From: a virus
Lineage: Duplodnaviria; Caudoviricetes
Length of the DNA: 51,967 nt
Reading direction: 5' to 3' (one strand)
IMG/VR virus record: IMGVR_UViG_3300013117_000053
Coordinates: 1 to 51,967 of that record
How positions within the stretch are numbered: the stretch's first letter is position 1; each line of letters begins with the position of its first letter. The translations under genes were made by a program, and so were the position numbers. The notes beneath the pieces were generated by a model. That model had not been told where the DNA came from. It made no database searches and saw only the letters and a program-made list of their open reading frames with translations. Positions 1 through 9,401 of this stretch are shown here, piece after piece.

Positions 1-72
1 ATATCGGGGGATAGATGCGCGGGGAAGATGCGGGGGGGATGGTTAGGACAGAGGTAGAGAGGAATACAGTCT

Positions 73-783
73 ATGAGTGAGCACACAACCGATTCTAAGC
101 CGCCTAGAAGGTCTATAAAGCCTCCTCCGAGACGTAAGTCTATACCCAGATTAACTAAGCGGGGTAAGCCTACTAAGAGAGTCCTATCGGTCACAGAAAA
201 TCGGCGGGGGGGAAGGCCGAGAGATGATGAGTACAGGCGTCCGGGGGGCAGACCAACTAAGATGACTCCTGACACTCTAGCCAAGCTTGAGATGGCGTTC
301 TCAATGGATTGCTCAATACTAGAGGCGTGTCTAGTTGCGGGGATTGCCAGAGATACGTATTATGACTATCTTAAGGTTAACCCAGCATTTGCGGACAGGG
401 CCAAATTGTTACGCGTAAAACCCCTCCTTAAAGCACGTACAACCATAGTGCAATCACTGGATGATGTGAAGGCTGCGCAATGGTATGCAGAGCGAAAAGC
501 GAAGGGGGAATTTGCTCAAAGGAAAGAGCTAACGGGCAAAGACGGCAAGCCAATTGAGTCTCGTTTATCGCGAGAAGAGATGGACGACGAAGCGTTAAAA
601 TCAGCGGTATCGGCATTACTGCTTGATAGGCCGGAACTAGCGCAACGGTTGATGTTACCGGCTGCGGGGGATTCTGAAAACATTTCAAACACTAAGACAC
701 AAGGAGAGGTAAGCAATGGCACAGGAACGACTAAGACGAAGACAATTATCGGAGAGCCGGGAGCGGCTGCGCTGGGCGTTTGA
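73..783 (+). CDS. terS: Terminase small subunit
   Basis: GGRPTKMTPDTLAKLE...ACLVAGIARDTYYDY HTH, C-terminal ELTGKDGKPI motif typical of TerS; lies upstream of terL. Confidence 0.8.
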   Translation: MSEHTTDSKPPRRSIKPPPRRKSIPRLTKRGKPTKRVLSVTENRRGGRPRDDEYRRPGGRPTKMTPDTLAKLEMAFSMDCSILEACLVAGIARDTYYDYLKVNPAFADRAKLLRVKPLLKARTTIVQSLDDVKAAQWYAERKAKGEFAQRKELTGKDGKPIESRLSREEMDDEALKSAVSALLLDRPELAQRLMLPAAGDSENISNTKTQGEVSNGTGTTKTKTIIGEPGAAALGV

Positions 784-1303
784 GGTAAGACCTATTGGCA
801 ACGTGCAGGCATGGGATAAGAATCCACGCAGGCTAACGCCGGAAGGTATGCGTAATCTTGCTACCAGCTTGGAGCGATTCGGACTGGCTGAGCCGCTAGT
901 GATTCAGCCTAATGGTGATTTGATCGGGGGACATGCCCGGCTTGAGTCTCTGAAAAATGCGGGGGAGACAGAAGTACAATGCATGGTTCCGAACCGCGCC
1001 TTAACTGATATAGAGCGTAGTGAACTTGCTGTGCGACTTAATAAGAATATTGCTGGTGAGTGGGATACGAATCTACTAGAGAGTAGTTTTGAGGCTGTTA
1101 AGTTAATGGAGTATGGTTTTCAGCGTATAGAGCTACTAGATATAGGATTCGAGGAATGTAACTTACCGCCTATCGAGCAAATGGAGACTGCCTCTCAGCT
1201 ACCAAAAGGTAATACGCCTATTGATGATGCAGTTATACGTAACAAGTTGAATTGTACATGTCCCCGTTGTGGTTATCAATTTGAGGAAACTGCTAATGAG
1301 TAA
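716..1303 (+). CDS. ParB/Srx N-terminal domain protein with C-terminal CPxCG zinc knuckle
   Basis: WDKNPRR, SLERFGLAEPLVI, LIGGHARL, GEWD motifs; CTCPRCGYQF; common partner of phage methylases. Confidence 0.8.
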   Translation: MAQERLRRRQLSESRERLRWAFEVRPIGNVQAWDKNPRRLTPEGMRNLATSLERFGLAEPLVIQPNGDLIGGHARLESLKNAGETEVQCMVPNRALTDIERSELAVRLNKNIAGEWDTNLLESSFEAVKLMEYGFQRIELLDIGFEECNLPPIEQMETASQLPKGNTPIDDAVIRNKLNCTCPRCGYQFEETANE

Positions 1304-2273
1304 GCCTACAGTAATTAGTACGTTTGCGGGGTGTGGTGGTTCCAGTCTTGGATATAGACAGGCCGGATACCGTGAATTACTAGCAGTAGAGTGTGATAAT
1401 CATGCCGTAGCCTGTCTACGAGCTAATTGGCCTAGAATGCCGATTTATCACGGAGACATAGCTAATTTGTCTATAGAGCAGACGCTTGAGTTAGCTAAGA
1501 TTCAACCGAAAGAATTAGACGTACTAGATGGTTCACCCCCATGTCAAGGCTTTTCTACTGCGGGAAATCGAGAGGTAGCGGATACTCGTAATTCTCTATT
1601 CGGTCAGTATGCTAGATTATTAGCAGGACTAAAGCCTAAAGTCTTTGTGGCAGAGAATGTTGTGGGTATGATAAAAGGACCGATGCGCGGTATATTTTGT
1701 GAGATACTAGATATGTTGCGTGGATGTGGTTATAGAGTAAGAGCGGAGATCTTAAATGCTATGTATTATGCTACTCCGCAGAGCCGTCAGCGTATTATTA
1801 TTATAGGTACACGCAAAGATACGCGGCGAGTCCCTTCTTTTCCTTGTCCGCAGACACAACCTATAAGTGTTAGTCGTGCTTTGCGAGAAGTGACTATAGA
1901 CGAAACAGAAAGACAGATGCTATTAGTTGCAGGACAGAGATATGCTAGTTTTGTTAATTGGCATGATCTGCCTAGAGGCAAAAATTATAGAAGCGCAGGT
2001 TTAGGTAGTAGTTTTTCTGCTATACGAGTTCATCCAAATAAGCCTTGCGTTACTGTATGTAAGAAGGATGGAACTATATCTGCCAATGGATTGATGCATT
2101 GGAATGAACGAAGACGCTTTACTATAGCAGAATACAGATGTATCTGTGGCTTTCCTAATGATTACCGATTTGTAGGTACATGGAAAGAAATAGTTTCGCG
2201 TATGGGTAACTGTGTTCCCCCACCGCTTATGCGAGCTATAGCTGAGCATATTCGAGATACTATCTTAGTCTAG
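1296..2273 (+). CDS. DNA (cytosine-5) methyltransferase
   Basis: FAGCGG (motif I), GSPPCQGFS (IV), ENV (VI), QSRQRI (VIII), MGNCVPP (X); ATG at 1296 after GAGG preferred over the 1269 start. Confidence 0.95.
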   Translation: MSKPTVISTFAGCGGSSLGYRQAGYRELLAVECDNHAVACLRANWPRMPIYHGDIANLSIEQTLELAKIQPKELDVLDGSPPCQGFSTAGNREVADTRNSLFGQYARLLAGLKPKVFVAENVVGMIKGPMRGIFCEILDMLRGCGYRVRAEILNAMYYATPQSRQRIIIIGTRKDTRRVPSFPCPQTQPISVSRALREVTIDETERQMLLVAGQRYASFVNWHDLPRGKNYRSAGLGSSFSAIRVHPNKPCVTVCKKDGTISANGLMHWNERRRFTIAEYRCICGFPNDYRFVGTWKEIVSRMGNCVPPPLMRAIAEHIRDTILV

Positions 2274-2440
2274 TATTTGAAAGCTTTTCAGAATAGAGAC
2301 TATACGGTTTTTTTTGATTGATCGTTATGGCAGAAAGCACAGAGCGAACTAGCTTTGTAATACGGATTGACAGAAAAACTAAGTGACCGTACGTAGATAT
2401 TACTCTGCGTACGGTTTGCTTATAGCTTAGAGAGTAGGGC

Positions 2441-3943
2441 ATGCCAAGGGTTCTTGAGCTGGATACAGATGTAAAGAGACAAGAACCTGAGAAGGTAACG
2501 CTCCCTGAACGTCAACGCAATAGTCTCCTAAAATTGCTCATTAGTGAGGCACGACAAACTTTTCGAGCTTTTCTCTACTTTTTACATCCTCCCGGCTACA
2601 GTGATTATCTGCTAGGACCGCTACATCTTCACTTAGCTGATATTGTCGATGGCATGCTATGCGGTATGAGGCATGCTTATCAGGCTGTTAGTGTTCCTCC
2701 CCAGCATGGTAAGTCTCAATTGCTGGCCGTACGAGCATCGGCCTTTATCCTAGGACACCAACCGGGAGTGCGAGTTGCCCTCACTGGATTCTCTCATGAT
2801 TTGCTGGTAGAAATGCTGGCAGACATTCGGCGAATTATGGAGACTCCCGAATATCAACTTATCTTTCCCGGTGTAGCTCCTGTCGAGGGATTCAACCGAC
2901 AAGACGAGATGCGGCTTACAAACGGTTCATCCATTATCGCTAAAAGTACAGGACGAAAGCTGACAGGGCGACGAGTTGACTGGCTTGTAATGGATGACGT
3001 ACATGCGGGCCGAGAAGAAGCAGAGAGCAAAACACAACGAGCTAAGATTCAGAGATGGTATTTTGGAGATTGCGTATCTCGTCTGCATCCTACTGCTAAA
3101 GTATTTTTGCTGGGAACGCGTTGGCATCCGGAAGATTTGATTGGGCATCTAACATCCGAAAATTATGTACAGCAATTGCGTACTCATGGACGAGATGACT
3201 TAGTTTATGAAATTACGAATCTACCGGCGATTGCTGAGCAGAACGATATCTTAGGGCGGGAGATAGGAGAGGCGTTATTTCCTGAAGAGAGGCCGATAGA
3301 TTTTCTGGAAGGTGTGCGGCTATCTATACCGCGCTATGAGTGGGATAGTCAGTATCGAGGCAAACCTAGTGCATCCGGGTCCGGACAGGTTAATTTGTTC
3401 AGAGTTAATCGCGGATTGATTATCAATGCCGTGCCTACAAATATTCCTTGGGTGCGGGGCTGGGATCTAGCTCTTACTGAGAAGCAGACTTCTGACTATA
3501 GCTGCGGGGCTTTGTGTGCGTATGATCGGGAGACAAAGGATTTCTTCGTGATAGACATGTTCCGAAGAAAACTAGCATGGGCACGATTGAAACCCCGCCT
3601 TCTTCGGATAAGCCTGCAAGACAAGATCAGATACAACTGTAATAGGATGGGGCTAGAGGCTGTATCGGGATTTAAGATTGGGCTTTCGGAAATACGGGAA
3701 TCTTTACAAGGAGAGGTTAGAGTCGAGGAACGCAATCCTCCACGGGGTGGCAAGCTGATGCGAGCACAGGACTGGCTCAATACGATTGAGGCGGGGAGAT
3801 TTCATCTTGTGCAGGGAGCATGGAACAAAGATTTCCTGGATGAGTTAGAGATGTTTCCAGACGGCGAGCATGATGATCAAATTGATGCTGTGTCGATTGC
3901 GTGGGAATCTCTAGTACGCCGAAAGAAGCTACTATACGCTTGA
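2441..3943 (+). CDS. terL: Terminase large subunit
   Basis: VPPQHGKS Walker A, LTGRRVDWLVMDD Walker B, GTRWHPEDL, RGWDLA nuclease motif, FPDGEHDDQIDA C-terminus. Confidence 0.95.
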   Translation: MPRVLELDTDVKRQEPEKVTLPERQRNSLLKLLISEARQTFRAFLYFLHPPGYSDYLLGPLHLHLADIVDGMLCGMRHAYQAVSVPPQHGKSQLLAVRASAFILGHQPGVRVALTGFSHDLLVEMLADIRRIMETPEYQLIFPGVAPVEGFNRQDEMRLTNGSSIIAKSTGRKLTGRRVDWLVMDDVHAGREEAESKTQRAKIQRWYFGDCVSRLHPTAKVFLLGTRWHPEDLIGHLTSENYVQQLRTHGRDDLVYEITNLPAIAEQNDILGREIGEALFPEERPIDFLEGVRLSIPRYEWDSQYRGKPSASGSGQVNLFRVNRGLIINAVPTNIPWVRGWDLALTEKQTSDYSCGALCAYDRETKDFFVIDMFRRKLAWARLKPRLLRISLQDKIRYNCNRMGLEAVSGFKIGLSEIRESLQGEVRVEERNPPRGGKLMRAQDWLNTIEAGRFHLVQGAWNKDFLDELEMFPDGEHDDQIDAVSIAWESLVRRKKLLYA

Positions 3944-3968
3944 CAAAAGATTGTCAAGGTGATATAGT
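3940..3968 (+). promoter_or_regulatory. Sigma70-type promoter (TTGACAAAAGA class)
   Basis: TTGACA-17 nt-TATAGT; the -35 hexamer is also one arm of the palindrome TTGACA-aaagat-TGTCAA. Confidence 0.85.
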
Positions 3969-3982
3969 AGACTCGTATCATA

Positions 3983-4131
3983 GAAATGGATTCAGAATGA
4001 CACTCATGGGGGAGGTTAAGTAGGCTGATATGATGCTACTACTTCTTGTTCCCATTCCGGTTAATTTCGGGCGTGTGTCCGAGCCGGATATGAGTATGCC
4101 AAGCCTGCAAGTGTCATTCTGAAAACATTTC
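3983..4131 (+). ncRNA. Candidate structured leader or ncRNA
   Basis: Perfect 14-bp inverted repeat 3991-4004/4110-4123 enclosing smaller hairpins; no convincing + strand ORF for ~270 nt after the promoter. Confidence 0.4.
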
Positions 4132-4240
4132 AAACAGGAAAGACGGCTAATGTTGGTTGCTATAACACAAGAGAAAGCATGCCTTGCGAAGCGGATACCA
4201 GGCAAGATGGTAAAAGCGTAATATGGGTACAGGAGGAGGT

Positions 4241-4447
4241 ATGAAGGAGTGGGTAATTATCGGGTTAGTTACCGTGATAGTGGTGTTTATTGCTTTTATG
4301 ATAGCTGGCAGTTGTCGAAATGCCGCTATGCGTGAGGCTTTTCCTCCGAGGGAGATCAGAGTATTAACCGACTCAGCAGGAAACAGGTGGGCGGTTGAGC
4401 ATCACTTAGGAGTAATGTATACGGTTAAACCACTAGAGGAAGAGTAA
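4241..4447 (+). CDS. Small membrane-anchored hypothetical protein
   Basis: Strong SD AGGAGG before ATG 4241; N-terminal hydrophobic helix. Confidence 0.65.
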   Translation: MKEWVIIGLVTVIVVFIAFMIAGSCRNAAMREAFPPREIRVLTDSAGNRWAVEHHLGVMYTVKPLEEE

Positions 4448-4806
4448 TGAAGCAATGGTTTATACTTCAAATAGCTAGGTTGTTTGAAAAGATTTCAAGA
4501 AAGCGCAGGCTCAAACACAAGGCTAAGTCTATCATTCGGCTGGCTAATATGGGCAGGCCATTCGAGCGGGCGGTGTTTTTGCGAATCGCGGGGGACAAGT
4601 TTGTCTATGGTCTGCCCCCTTCCACAAAGAAGTTGTCTGTAAAGGAGAGGGATAGGCTTTTGCTTGACGGTAAGAAAGCAGAGATAGATTACCGGGAAAC
4701 GCAGATACGGATTCAAAACGTATGGACGCGAGCACGTAAGCGGGCAAAGCGGGAAGGTAAGTTAATGCCTAGCAAGAAAGAGGTTTTGTATGGCATCAAG
4801 GATTAA
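4447..4806 (+). CDS. Hypothetical basic protein
   Basis: Start overlaps the upstream stop; operon-like packing. Confidence 0.55.
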   Translation: MKQWFILQIARLFEKISRKRRLKHKAKSIIRLANMGRPFERAVFLRIAGDKFVYGLPPSTKKLSVKERDRLLLDGKKAEIDYRETQIRIQNVWTRARKRAKREGKLMPSKKEVLYGIKD

Positions 4807-5008
4807 GGAGGATATACAGATACGTGTGTGTAAGGAGCACAGAACGGGCACATGTGTGGGAAAATGGTATAATATAACAGGAACAAAAGTTATCGGTTAT
4901 TTGTATTGGTGTCCGAGATGTGGGGCGTTTGGAAGGAAGCCACTAGCTTTGAATAAAACTAGGTGGCGGTTGGCGTCGCAGGAGTTAGCCCGTAGAGTAA
5001 AACGTTAA
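4790..5008 (+). CDS. Hypothetical protein with CxxC (possible zinc binding)
   Basis: GAGG SD; CKEH and WCPRCG motifs. Confidence 0.5.
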   Translation: MASRIKEDIQIRVCKEHRTGTCVGKWYNITGTKVIGYLYWCPRCGAFGRKPLALNKTRWRLASQELARRVKR

Positions 5009-5025
5009 TAGTTAGCGGGGGTGCT

Positions 5026-5301
5026 ATGTCCGAGCTGTTATTTAAGAAGTATGACATAGTATATGAGCACAAAAATCCTCATCGTTTGGGGATAGTACTT
5101 GATGTACACACTACCACTCGTCGAGCAATGGCACAAGTATGGTGGCGGCATGGGACAGAACGAGTGGAGTGGAGGCATATGATGTTTTTACGTTCTTTTA
5201 CTGAGTTAATTCACGAAACAGAAGTAAAACTGAGAGAGCATAAGAGGGACGCAGAGCGACTCAAACAGTGTGTGCAAATACTACGAAGAGAAGGAAAGTA
5301 A
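5026..5301 (+). CDS. Hypothetical protein
   Basis: 91-aa ORF with G-rich SD, in operon. Confidence 0.55.
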   Translation: MSELLFKKYDIVYEHKNPHRLGIVLDVHTTTRRAMAQVWWRHGTERVEWRHMMFLRSFTELIHETEVKLREHKRDAERLKQCVQILRREGK

Positions 5302-5330
5302 GTTGAGGGTTTGTTATCTCGACATAACTC

Positions 5331-5359
5331 TTGACAAAAGATTCTGCTTATGTCATAGT
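5331..5359 (+). promoter_or_regulatory. Sigma70-type promoter (TTGACAAAAGA class)
   Basis: TTGACA-17 nt-CATAGT with extended -10 TG. Confidence 0.75.
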
Positions 5360-5378
5360 ATTAAGCCAGGAGGGAATA

Positions 5379-5585
5379 ATGACTGAGACAGAGTTAGTTG
5401 ACTGTATTCGCAATATGGATTGGGATAACAACGGATGGTCAGTCGGGGCATGGTGGAAGAGTGCTGCTTGTGCTGTATATGTAGATCTGGGGCTTGAGAT
5501 GGTGCGAATTGGTATTGCTGCTAGTGACGTGTTAGATATGCTGGGACGGGCATATACAGCGGCGACTGAGGAGTACGGGGAATGA
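5379..5585 (+). CDS. Hypothetical protein
   Basis: AGGAGG SD before ATG 5379, just downstream of the promoter. Confidence 0.65.
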   Translation: MTETELVDCIRNMDWDNNGWSVGAWWKSAACAVYVDLGLEMVRIGIAASDVLDMLGRAYTAATEEYGE

Positions 5586-5809
5586 CTGAAGACCAACTAA
5601 AGCGGGAGCTGGATTTTCTGAGGCAGGTGATCGAGCGGCAATGTCCGGGTAAGGGTTTCATGCTTATGGTGTTTGACCGGGAAAACAAAGTAGAGAAGCC
5701 CTGCCTTAACTATGTTAGTAACTCTCGCCGAGAAGATGTGCTGAATGTCCTGAAGGAGTGGATACTTAAGTGCGGGGCAGCGGAAGACTGGATGAGAGAC
5801 ATTGTGTAA
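5582..5809 (+). CDS. Hypothetical protein
   Basis: ATGA overlap with upstream gene; protein-like composition. Confidence 0.6.
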   Translation: MTEDQLKRELDFLRQVIERQCPGKGFMLMVFDRENKVEKPCLNYVSNSRREDVLNVLKEWILKCGAAEDWMRDIV

Positions 5810-6108
5810 TGACTATTGATTCGGTAGAACCGTTTGTAAACGGTGATCAGAACTGGATACCGTCTGTAAGGTGGACGTGTTGCAAATGGCTTGTCGAGCA
5901 TCACGTAGTCTACAAAATCGAAGATGATACGGCATACCTTGAGGATGATGGCAAGTCGGGGTTGTTTAGACTGTATCGCCGGTCAGCAGGGAAAAAAGTA
6001 ACTGACAAGGAGTGGAGATACGTAGCTGATGCCGAAACCCTACAGGCGGCGGTAGCGTGGGCAAGGCATGATCTTGAAAAATGGCTGGCGGGAGAGGAAG
6101 AAGAGTGA
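5809..6108 (+). CDS. Hypothetical protein
   Basis: TAATG overlap gives ATG at 5809 inside ORF 5770..6108. Confidence 0.55.
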   Translation: MTIDSVEPFVNGDQNWIPSVRWTCCKWLVEHHVVYKIEDDTAYLEDDGKSGLFRLYRRSAGKKVTDKEWRYVADAETLQAAVAWARHDLEKWLAGEEEE

Positions 6109-6794
6109 CAGCATATGGTATACTTGGATGGTTTGCTGCGATTATGTTTGCTGCGGCTGCAATAAGTAATCGTTGCGATGTTCTTGTTGTTCGCAAAGAG
6201 AACATAGCTCTATTACGTTGTGTACGGGGGTTGCTAAACGGCAAAGAAGGCTGTCATACACTAGCTAGAAGGTTATGGTGGAGGCTTGTATACACGAGGC
6301 CGATGTACTATACGCTTATCACTGAAGACGAAGAATGACCATAGCTGAAGGGCAAGCGGGAGGTGCCTCTTATATTGCTTGTGCGGGAAAGGATCGGTGG
6401 GGTGAATCCAAAGAAGCATTACCGGACTCGGACGGTAAGCGGAAGTTGCCGGATGGTTCGCCTATGAATCTGGAAGAGATACACGATGCAATGTTGTCGA
6501 ACTAGAAACTATGACTTCTAATGATCATACTATTATGCCGGGATTTGAGGAAGAGGTAACTACTATGTTGTCGGCAATTTCTTCTTGTTTTATTCTTTTG
6601 GATGACATAGGCACGATCGGAGTACCGGGTGATTACTATTCTTTTATCTCTCGTGATGCTGTCTTGGAAGGTTCGCAGCCGATGCGTAATTTAGAATCTG
6701 TGCAACGCAGCCGGGACGGCTGGAAAGGGATTCGGCGTAGTCACGAGTATCGGCGAGCGAAATGGGGAACGGATAAACGAAGGGGAAGGAGATA

Positions 6795-7169
6795 ATGAAG
6801 TCGCGATCCGCTCATACTGCCGACTGCACGATCTATTCTGCATTGTGTAACGGCAAGTCTGAGGATGGCATTTGTACCTGCGGGTACGGCTGGATGCTGG
6901 CACGGCAGGGCGACTGGTCGGAGATGTATTCGGAGGAGCGAATGATGACTAGCGTTTATGCCTTTCTTCGGCACTGCAATTATTCCAGCCGTTGCCGATA
7001 CAAATACCGGCCGCGACTGCTGTGCCGCCCCGAGTGTCGGCACCATGAGGACTGCGACCACGCAGACCAGCACATGGATACGGAGTATACGCGCCGGGGG
7101 CCGGACCAGGATGGTCGCTGGTATCGTGTGCCGAACGATCAAACTCAGTTTCGGAGCGCAGCGACGTAA
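6795..7169 (+). CDS. Cys/His-rich hypothetical protein ending inside attC-like site 1
   Basis: AAGGAG SD; C-terminus PNDQTQFRSAAT is encoded by the hairpin arm. Confidence 0.55.
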   Translation: MKSRSAHTADCTIYSALCNGKSEDGICTCGYGWMLARQGDWSEMYSEERMMTSVYAFLRHCNYSSRCRYKYRPRLLCRPECRHHEDCDHADQHMDTEYTRRGPDQDGRWYRVPNDQTQFRSAAT

Positions 7170-7190
7170 ATCTAGAGCGCTTTGTTGGGC
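7130..7190 (-). repeat. attC-like site 1
   Basis: GCCGAAC...ctcagtttcg/cgtaaatctagag...GTTGGGC; extra bases on the right arm. Confidence 0.75.
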
Positions 7191-7209
7191 GCTCTGAAAG
7201 GACGGACAG

Positions 7210-7428
7210 ATGAAATGCTATGAGATCACGCCAAGCCCTGATCCTGCATACGACAGCATGATCGTGGAGGCCGATGACACTTGGGGACCAGCCCTTGAGT
7301 TGGTCGAGTCCGCACTAGATGACCAATTCGTGCGTGCTGAGGATGAAGGCAGGCCGTGGACTGACATCACCGTGACGGTGCGGTGTGTGGAGAAAACGCA
7401 AGAGGAAATGGACGCGCTCCATGAGTAG
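7210..7428 (+). CDS. Cassette gene, acidic hypothetical protein
   Basis: AAAGGA SD; bounded by attC-like sites 1 and 2. Confidence 0.7.
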   Translation: MKCYEITPSPDPAYDSMIVEADDTWGPALELVESALDDQFVRAEDEGRPWTDITVTVRCVEKTQEEMDALHE

Positions 7429-7533
7429 CGCCAACGTTGAGCACAGCGGCAAAGAAAGCCGCAGAGAGGACGGTTGATATGAAAAAGAAACGTAAGCGCG
7501 GCTTTCTTTGTACGCTGATGCGTCTGGTTCGGC
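7429..7533 (-). repeat. attC-like site 2
   Basis: CGCCAAC...cagcggcaaagaaagccgc/gcggctttctttgtacgctg...GTTCGGC; loop carries an SD and ATG of a 24-aa ORF (7479-7553). Confidence 0.8.
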
Positions 7534-7563
7534 ATTTTCCGGGCCGGGCGTAGAAAGGAAAGC

Positions 7564-7953
7564 ATGAGAAACAAGCACGAGGAAATGGAAGCCATCGACA
7601 AGGCGCTTGACGAGTTCACCAACGACTGCCGAAGCCCGGACATGGCAAGCCATGATGGCTCACGATGCAGCGAACGCAGAGTTGACTGGCTCGAAACAGC
7701 CGGAGAAAGGCACAGCATGAACCAAGATGGCAAAGCGGCTGTTTCGAGTACGGTCGGACGCCTTGTTCGCCCTTCCTGGGTGAGCATCGAGATGATGGAG
7801 TTTGCCCGTCCGCAAGACGATGACCTATGGCACTGGGCAAACAACCTGAACGCCATGTTGCGCTCTGGCTACTGCAAGAAGTGTGGCCTGACGCCGAATG
7901 GATGCCGCAACGAAGGATGTAGGGCGAACGACAAGCATGAGGGTCAAGCATGA
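7564..7953 (+). CDS. Cassette gene(s): ORF reads through attC-like site 3, with a second start at 7717 inside the hairpin loop
   Basis: SD AAAGGA before 7564; SD-like GGAGAAAGG before ATG 7717; C-terminal CKKC...C...C. Confidence 0.55.
   Translation: MRNKHEEMEAIDKALDEFTNDCRSPDMASHDGSRCSERRVDWLETAGERHSMNQDGKAAVSSTVGRLVRPSWVSIEMMEFARPQDDDLWHWANNLNAMLRSGYCKKCGLTPNGCRNEGCRANDKHEGQA
7669..7771 (-). repeat. attC-like site 3
   Basis: AGCGAAC...ctcgaaacagcc/ggctgtttcgag tacggtc...GTTCGCC. Confidence 0.8.
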
Positions 7954-7998
7954 CAAGCGAAGCGCGGAATGATTGTACCCTCGATGCTCTTGTTGGCC
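7923..7998 (-). repeat. attC-like site 4
   Basis: GGCGAAC...agcatgagggtcaa/ttgTaccctcGatgct...GTTGGCC; extrahelical T and G on the + strand. Confidence 0.85.
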
Positions 7999-8534
7999 TT
8001 CCGGGTCCGTTCTCGGTGATCTACGCTGACCCGCCGTGGTCATACAACGACAAGCGCGGCGGAAAGCCTGCGTGGGGGGCTATGACGTACCCGACCATAC
8101 CGACGCGAGAGATTGCGGCCTTGCCGGTGGCTCAAATCGCAGCGTCCGACTGCGCTCTGTTCATGTGGGCGACCATGCCGCTTCTGCCGGATGCCTTTGC
8201 CGTGCTTGACGGGTGGGGGTTCGACTTTGTGACATGCGCTTTCGTGTGGGTGAAGACAAACAAGAGGGCTGGCACTATCTATTCTGGCATGGGGCACTGG
8301 ACGAACCAAAACGCGGAGCTTTGCCTGTTGGCAAGGCGAGGCAAACCGAAGCGGGTGGCGCGAGACGTGAAGCAGATTGTGCTTGCGCCACGGGGGCGGC
8401 ACAGCGCAAAGCCTGACGAGGTGCGCGACCGGATTGTGCGTCTGATGGGGGACGTTCCAAGGGTTGAACTGTTCGCCCGTGAGCGCGTCCAATGTTGGGA
8501 AGCGTGGGGCAATGAGGTAGAGGCCAACGCCTAG
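7950..8534 (+). CDS. MT-A70 family adenine methyltransferase (cassette-borne)
   Basis: VIYADPPW, LFMWAT, FVWVK, GMGHWT, HSAKP, VELFAR, WGNE motifs. Confidence 0.92.
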   Translation: MTSEARNDCTLDALVGLPGPFSVIYADPPWSYNDKRGGKPAWGAMTYPTIPTREIAALPVAQIAASDCALFMWATMPLLPDAFAVLDGWGFDFVTCAFVWVKTNKRAGTIYSGMGHWTNQNAELCLLARRGKPKRVARDVKQIVLAPRGRHSAKPDEVRDRIVRLMGDVPRVELFARERVQCWEAWGNEVEANA

Positions 8535-8577
8535 GTTCAGCGGTGGCGAAGCTGTACGTTGCAACCTCTGGTTGGCA
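8522..8577 (-). repeat. attC-like site 5
   Basis: GGCCAAC...ggttcagcg/cgttgcaacc...GTTGGCA (56 bp). Confidence 0.8.
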
Positions 8578-8597
8578 GAACAATTAGAAAGGACGAT

Positions 8598-9401
8598 ATG
8601 AAACTAATGCAAGGTGATTGCCTAGAGAGAATGAAAGAGATACCGGATGGAAGTGTGGATATGGTGCTGACCGACCCGCCTTATGGGACGACTGCTTGCA
8701 GGTGGGATAGCATCATTCCGCTTGAGCCTATGTGGGAGCAGTTGAAGAGGGTGACAAAGCCTAACGGGGCTATTGTCATGACGGCAAGCCAGCCGTTCAC
8801 GACCACGCTGATTGCTTCTAATATGAAGATGTTTAAGTATTGTTGGGTTTGGAACAAGAAAAAGGCAGCAAATTTCTTGTTTGGCAATAAAATGCCATTA
8901 AAGATAACAGAGGACGTAGTGGTTTTTTATGGCAAACAACCCACATACAACCCAATAAAACGAGTAAACCCTCTTGGGTCACAAAAACCAGGGCGTAAAG
9001 GCATAGGCAATACCATCAAAGACCACCTTCCGAATTGTCCAGAAAGAAGCAAAGCGGGGAAAAGTTACGAACCAGACAAGTTGTTGCCGGTCTCTATTTT
9101 AGAGATTAGCAAGCCCCATAAGCCAGTCCACCCCACCCAAAAACCAGTAGCCCTAATGGAGTACCTAATCAAGACATACACCAACGAGAATGAAACCGTG
9201 CTGGACTTCACAATGGGCAGTGGCACTACTGGCGTGGCTTGCGCGAACCTCAACCGAGAATTCACCGGAATTGAGAAGGTGGAAGAATACTTCAATATCG
9301 CACAAACGCGGATCGAAGAGGCTATTACTGCCAACACTACTGCTCACGGTCGAGCGGTAGCGAGTACCGTGCAGCAGATTGTTGGAGGTTCCGATGGCTG
9401 A
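8598..9401 (+). CDS. DNA N6-adenine/N4-cytosine methyltransferase, beta class (cassette-borne)
   Basis: GDCLERM, LTDPPYG, HPTQKPVAL, VLDFTMGSGTTG; AAAGGA SD before ATG 8598. Confidence 0.95.
   Translation: MKLMQGDCLERMKEIPDGSVDMVLTDPPYGTTACRWDSIIPLEPMWEQLKRVTKPNGAIVMTASQPFTTTLIASNMKMFKYCWVWNKKKAANFLFGNKMPLKITEDVVVFYGKQPTYNPIKRVNPLGSQKPGRKGIGNTIKDHLPNCPERSKAGKSYEPDKLLPVSILEISKPHKPVHPTQKPVALMEYLIKTYTNENETVLDFTMGSGTTGVACANLNREFTGIEKVEEYFNIAQTRIEEAITANTTAHGRAVASTVQQIVGGSDG
9329..9387 (-). repeat. attC-like site 6
   Basis: TGCCAAC...ctgctcacggt/accgtgcagcag...GTTGGAG; the core site supplies the GGAGG SD of the next gene. Confidence 0.8.
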
